Made by a program: the position numbers and the translations under genes. Shown piece after piece: positions 59,602 through 64,000 of a DNA stretch of 64,000 nucleotides. Each line of letters begins with the position of its first letter. The stretch's first letter is position 1. The notes beneath the pieces are model-generated. The model worked only from the letters and a program-made list of their open reading frames with translations, was not told the DNA's origin and did no database searches. This stretch comes from Klebsormidium nitens (taxonomy: Eukaryota; Plantae; Klebsormidiophyceae): NCBI GenBank assembly GCA_000708835.1, contig DF236989.1:124001-188000 (forward strand), read 5' to 3'.

Positions 59602-62600
59602 ATGGCAAACATGTAAGCAATGAGCGCAAGTAATCCCCCTGACCTCCAGCACCTTAGCTTTACCTTGCAGACGTTCTACAGAGGCAATGCTGTGAAGCCT
59701 AAAGCTTCGGATGGGCAGCAAACGTTGAAAGCTTGCTGAATGGGAGTTCCACCCACTGGAGAGCTCAGCTAGACTTGCACAACCAACAGTCTGACTACTG
59801 GCACCATGTATATTTCACCTGATCAACAGTCCCCATCAGCATGTTTTTCGATTCATTGTCGTGTGTCTCACAAGCTTTTAGCAAATTGAAGCTGACTCCA
59901 AGTCTTAAGCCTCTGGCTTTGTGATCGCCGCAAATCAGGGCATAACCACCAACCGCTTACTGCTGACGTCATTCTGACCTGTGTTCAGCACGTTCGACCT
60001 GCAATGGCGGGAGGCCATGACGGACCTGCTGGAGCAACTAGAGGCGGAGGCTCCGGAGGACCCCGCTCTGGCCCCGCAGGTAAAGTCACCATCTGCGCTA
60101 CTTCTTTCCGACCCTGCTCTTATCTCGTCAAAGCGGGTTGTTTTATGGGGCCCCTCTTTCTTGCAATCAAGGGTACGAGTTCGATGAAAGGTCGTTTGAA
60201 GAAGGTTTGTTGACGGATGCATGAACATGTAGATGCTGAATTTTGACCTCCTTTGACGTTCAATGAGCTTAGATGCACGCCTTTTCCACAGGAGCAGCCA
60301 GCTTGAAACAGTTGCTTGAAGTTTGGACATGGTAATGGGCAGTCATTGGCATGCCAGCTCGTTACATCCTCGTCAAAGTCCCCTATGGACTTGCCGCTGT
60401 GTGGTTACGGTCAATACGGGCTTAACTGGATCGAGGATGCGTGCAGCAATCCCGCCAAAGACAGAAACTCTGTTCCGTACCCTGCAATTATATCTGTTGA
60501 AGAGCTCGGACTCGATGCTTTGTGCGAGTGGCAGCAAGGAAGGACCGCTCGTGCAATAGTAAATACACACGATGCGCAGAGCAAGGAAGTACGAAGTTAG
60601 GAAGAATGTGGAGAACGATTTTGGGTCAGAAGGCATTAGCGCCCTGACGGATACTGGGAGCAGGGTATCAGCAAATCACGTCGAGACTCACTAAAAGTAA
60701 AGTGAGCCGGCAATCAAGAAACCACTTATGGGCCGCTGTTACAGAAAAAACAGTCAATCTGACGCAGATGGATAACGATGATCGATTGCCTGCACAGCGG
60801 CGTGGGCAGTTTTACTTTCTGGACGATAAGAAGACAGTGTAGAGACGGTCGACATGCCTCAGCTGCTGATGGAATTGGGCTGTTGAGAAGCTTGAGGGAG
60901 GACAGAAGAAAAGACGCAGGAAGGGACGGATAGAGCAACAATGAAACGGGGCAGGGGGAGAAAAGATTTTGGACGGCGAAGGAACAGCAGGGGAAGGAAA
61001 AGAACGACTTCACAATATCAAATATAGGATGAAACGGAGTTTCTTGATTAGAAAGGAAACGTCGTTGTCTGACTGGCAAATTGCAATGCAAAAGCTCAAT
61101 TCGTGTCCTGTTGTAACGCTGGCCTCTCCCTTCCCCGCAGACGCTCACCGACTACGCGTGCATGTACATCAAGTACTTGCAGATCTACAACAAGCTGGAG
61201 GAGTCGTACGACCAGGTAACGAGCACACATGTTGTTCCTTGCTCGCGCAAGTCCCCATGATTTTTGTCTAGATGCTTGAATGCATTTTCGCATATGGTTA
61301 TGAAGTTCTGAGGCGCTGCCCAAAATCTTCCGAACACACTCGTAGACAATTCTTTGGTTCGTATTTTAACCTTTGGTCCTAGACTCTGTCCAAACTTACG
61401 ATTTGTTGAAGGCGATTGTGACCCCGGAGTCAGGCTTTTTGGTTCCGCAGATGGTGCATCCCCAGAAAAGGCTGGACCTGAAGAAAGCGCTGGAGGCGTG
61501 CATCGGGCGGCTACTGGAGGTGAAAGCGGTACGTTCCAGACGGACCCCTATCTTGCCAACGCATCCAAACCGTTGAGAACTTCACACAGCATAACGAAAA
61601 GACAAAACGACGGCACCCTTTGAGCTAGAGTGAGTGGAAGACGTGGGGTGTGTGACTCAGCGACTGGTTGGTAACTCCAGGAGAAGACTGTTGCTCGTTC
61701 TAATCGAGCCTGTCGAAATGTTTACGTTGACAGCCACTTCTTTAGGATCGTTAGCGCGTTTGTCAAGTCGGACCTTCGCCCAAACGCTGTCGTGATACCA
61801 AAGGCGACCAATGAGAGAAAGAACGAAACTATTATCATCTCCAATCTTACAACTCCCAAAATGGTTGTGCTAAAGGAACGACCTTGAAGCTCAGACTTCG
61901 GTCCATACAGTCCTAGAATTTGAAAACGTACATATCGAAGAAAACCTTCAACGCGAAAACCTAGAATTCGCCCCTTCTTCGCCCAGTGGCTGGTGACACT
62001 GAACGACGGACGCGACGTGGTCAATCTGGACGACACCCTGGTGGACCTGAAGCTGGGTCCGGACGTCCTGGAGGTCCGGGTGCCCCGGTACTACCGGAAC
62101 GACCGGGCAGTAGAACTGGAGAGCCGCCAGCAATTCTTGGTGAGGGCACTGGTTTCAAAATTTTAATTTGAGGGTTAGGCGCTCCTGCTAAGGTGTCCCC
62201 TGATGAGGGCAGCGGTTTAAAGCTTTTGGGTTAGGAGCGTTGAACGCTCCGGGTACCTGAGAGTTCCCCGGTAGTACCGGAACGACCGGGCGGCTGAAGT
62301 GGAGAATCGGCAGCACTTCCTGATGAGGGCAGCGGTTACAACTTTTCAATTTGAAGCTTGGTTCGGGCTCTTCCGATATTCCGAAACAGTGGATCTGGAG
62401 AGCTGGCAGCATTCCTGGTAAGGGCGCTTTTGCGTTGGAACTTCAAAAAGGAGTCCGGGGTGGACAATTTGGAAGCCTCACGGGTGCTGGAATCTGTACG
62501 AGCGGTTGGACTAGAAAACGCAGAGACCTTTTCAATCTCTCGAGTATCCCTGTCTTCTTGCTTTCAACTAAAGACTCTGAAGAGGCCATATGATCCTTGT

Positions 62601-63331
62601 TCCTTTGTCTCGGGGGTCGAAAAGACCTTTTCTTTCAACGTGAAGCGCCTCGTTCACACAGACTCACACCAATGATTTAGGGCTTCCAACTTTTGCATTA
62701 TTGAAACCCAGTCCTCCTTCCCTGGCCTCTGGGTTCTTTCTGCCAGTTCTCCTTGTGTCTGTTCTTTCCCCTGAATATTTCTCTTCTTGCAGCTCGCGCT
62801 GATGGAGAAGTACGAGCGGCCGGCGACAGCCGATGACGCGGCCGCCACCGCGGCCGTCCCCGAACCCTCGGCCATGTCGCAGGAGGAGGCTATCGCAATC
62901 CTGCAGGTAAGATGCTGCCAAGTGTCACCGCGCTCGTTGCTCTGGCGCCATCCCTACCTTCCCTCGCAAGAAACTTCTCGTCTCAATTTAAGACGGCTGC
63001 AGATTGTGTCGTAGCTGTGCCAGGCTTGTCTCCTTTGCTTCATCGTGAATTACTTCATGTATCTGGGTAAAACGAGTTTTCTTCTGAACCAGAAGTGCTG
63101 AGACAAACCCTCGAAATGGCCAGGCGAACGAGCGCGGCCGCCAGGCGCGCGCGCGCGTGAAGGCGCTTCTGGGCGCGCGCGCACAGCAGGAGGAGGACCT
63201 GCGGCGGCAGCGCATGGGCGGCGACAATATGAGCGCGGAGACCGCGGCCATCAAGATGCAGGCGGCCGCGCGCGGCTTCCTCGCGAAGCGGCGCGCGCGG
63301 CGGATGGTGAACGAAGAGCTGGTCTTCATAG
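59602..63331 (+). CDS. DRC11: Dynein regulatory complex subunit 11 / IQ and AAA domain protein, 3'-partial
   Basis: Exons 59602-59612, 59989-60079, 61141-61215, 61451-61528, 61987-62139, 62793-62906 and 63124-63331 are in phase. Motifs: YIKYLQIYNKLEESYDQMVHPQKRLDL..GRLLEVK, LDDTLVDLKLGP..VPRYY, IQ motif MQAAARGFLAKRR, EELVFIG. The gene continues beyond the window. Confidence 0.9.
62195..62430 (+). repeat. Echo copies of the DRC11 exon end at 62139
   Basis: ccccggtagtaccggaacgaccgggc...cagcacttcctg|atgagggc at ~62265-62335, a short cctgatgagggcagcgg at ~62198-62215, and ctggagag..gcagcattcctg|gtaagggc at ~62395-62425. Confidence 0.85.
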
Positions 63332-64000
63332 GTGGGAAGACTTTCCTGTGTCGTCTCTTCTCTTCCTTGATTTCTATCGCCTTCTCCTGTGCTTCTTCCG
63401 GTTGCTTTCGCTATCTGATCGAAGGAACGCGCCGAGCGGACGGCGGAACAGGGATTCTCTTTCAGCGGAGCACGACTCTAACCCTTGGTCGTTTTTCTTT
63501 GTCTCTAATCTCCTTCTGTTGTACGGTATTCGCCCGTTCGTCCTATACATGTGGCCCAACCAAGGCCAACTGCTCTCAAGTCAGTGACGTAGCACCGAGA
63601 GCATTCTCCCCTCGAGTCGTTTGTTTTTCTGAAATGCTCCCGCGTTAAAAGCTGTTGCCCTTTTACCCCGACGGATGACATTACGTTTCGGGGACAACAC
63701 CTGGAAGTCAGAGACAGCAGCTATTACGGCGGATTGTGTAGAACCTTCAAGAATTCCATCGAGGCCCCCTATGAAACTGCTCACAGTCCTATAACTAAGT
63801 GGCACAACTACTAGGTATGATAAAGACAGTCTTTCGAAAACTTAAAGAATGGACGCGCTTCGAAACCCTGCCCCCCCTAACCCCCTGACGTAACCCCACC
63901 CTACCTAAACGATAGGTTTATGAGATCCCTCTTGCCCTGTCTTTACATACAGGGATGAAGCCACCCGCGCGCGAGTCCGCGCGCGATCCCGTCCTGCGCG

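Noticed and set aside
1-64000. rRNA, tRNA or intact mobile elements
   Set aside because: I recognised no cloverleaf, rRNA signature, RT/integrase/transposase ORF or LTR/TIR pair by eye. Small ncRNAs could have been missed without tRNAscan-SE or Infernal.

Overview
This is eukaryotic, intron-rich nuclear DNA, most consistent with a flagellated streptophyte alga of the Klebsormidium type. That assignment is inferred from plant-type SPPL and 6PGD genes, the flagellar/centriole genes PLK4 and DRC11, GC-rich exons and TTTTAGG(G) motifs. I assembled nine spliced genes by hand from GT-AG junctions with consistent reading phase: SPPL protease (5'-partial, +), 6-phosphogluconate dehydrogenase (+), eIF3j (-), a small secreted double-EGF protein with a likely GPI signal (+), PLK4 (-), pirin (+), a 13-exon CbiA/CobB-BtuF-like fusion (-), RPA43 (-) and DRC11/IQCA1 (3'-partial, +). 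One further coding-looking locus at about 9.9-11.1 kb is unresolved. Three things stand out. (1) An intron-containing, ~1136-aa gene fuses a complete cobyrinate a,c-diamide synthase-like enzyme to a signal-peptide-less cobalamin/Fe-chelate substrate-binding domain through an RxxS-rich linker, although eukaryotes are not known to make B12. (2) About 35-40 (counted by eye) decaying 'echo' copies of exon halves plus their splice sites are stacked in the adjacent introns. (3) Degenerate telomere-like TTTTAGG(G) motifs flank these exons and echoes, with the G-rich strand pointing away from the exon in the cases checked. I recognised no rRNA, tRNA, CRISPR array or intact transposon. All calls come from motif recognition, not database searches.
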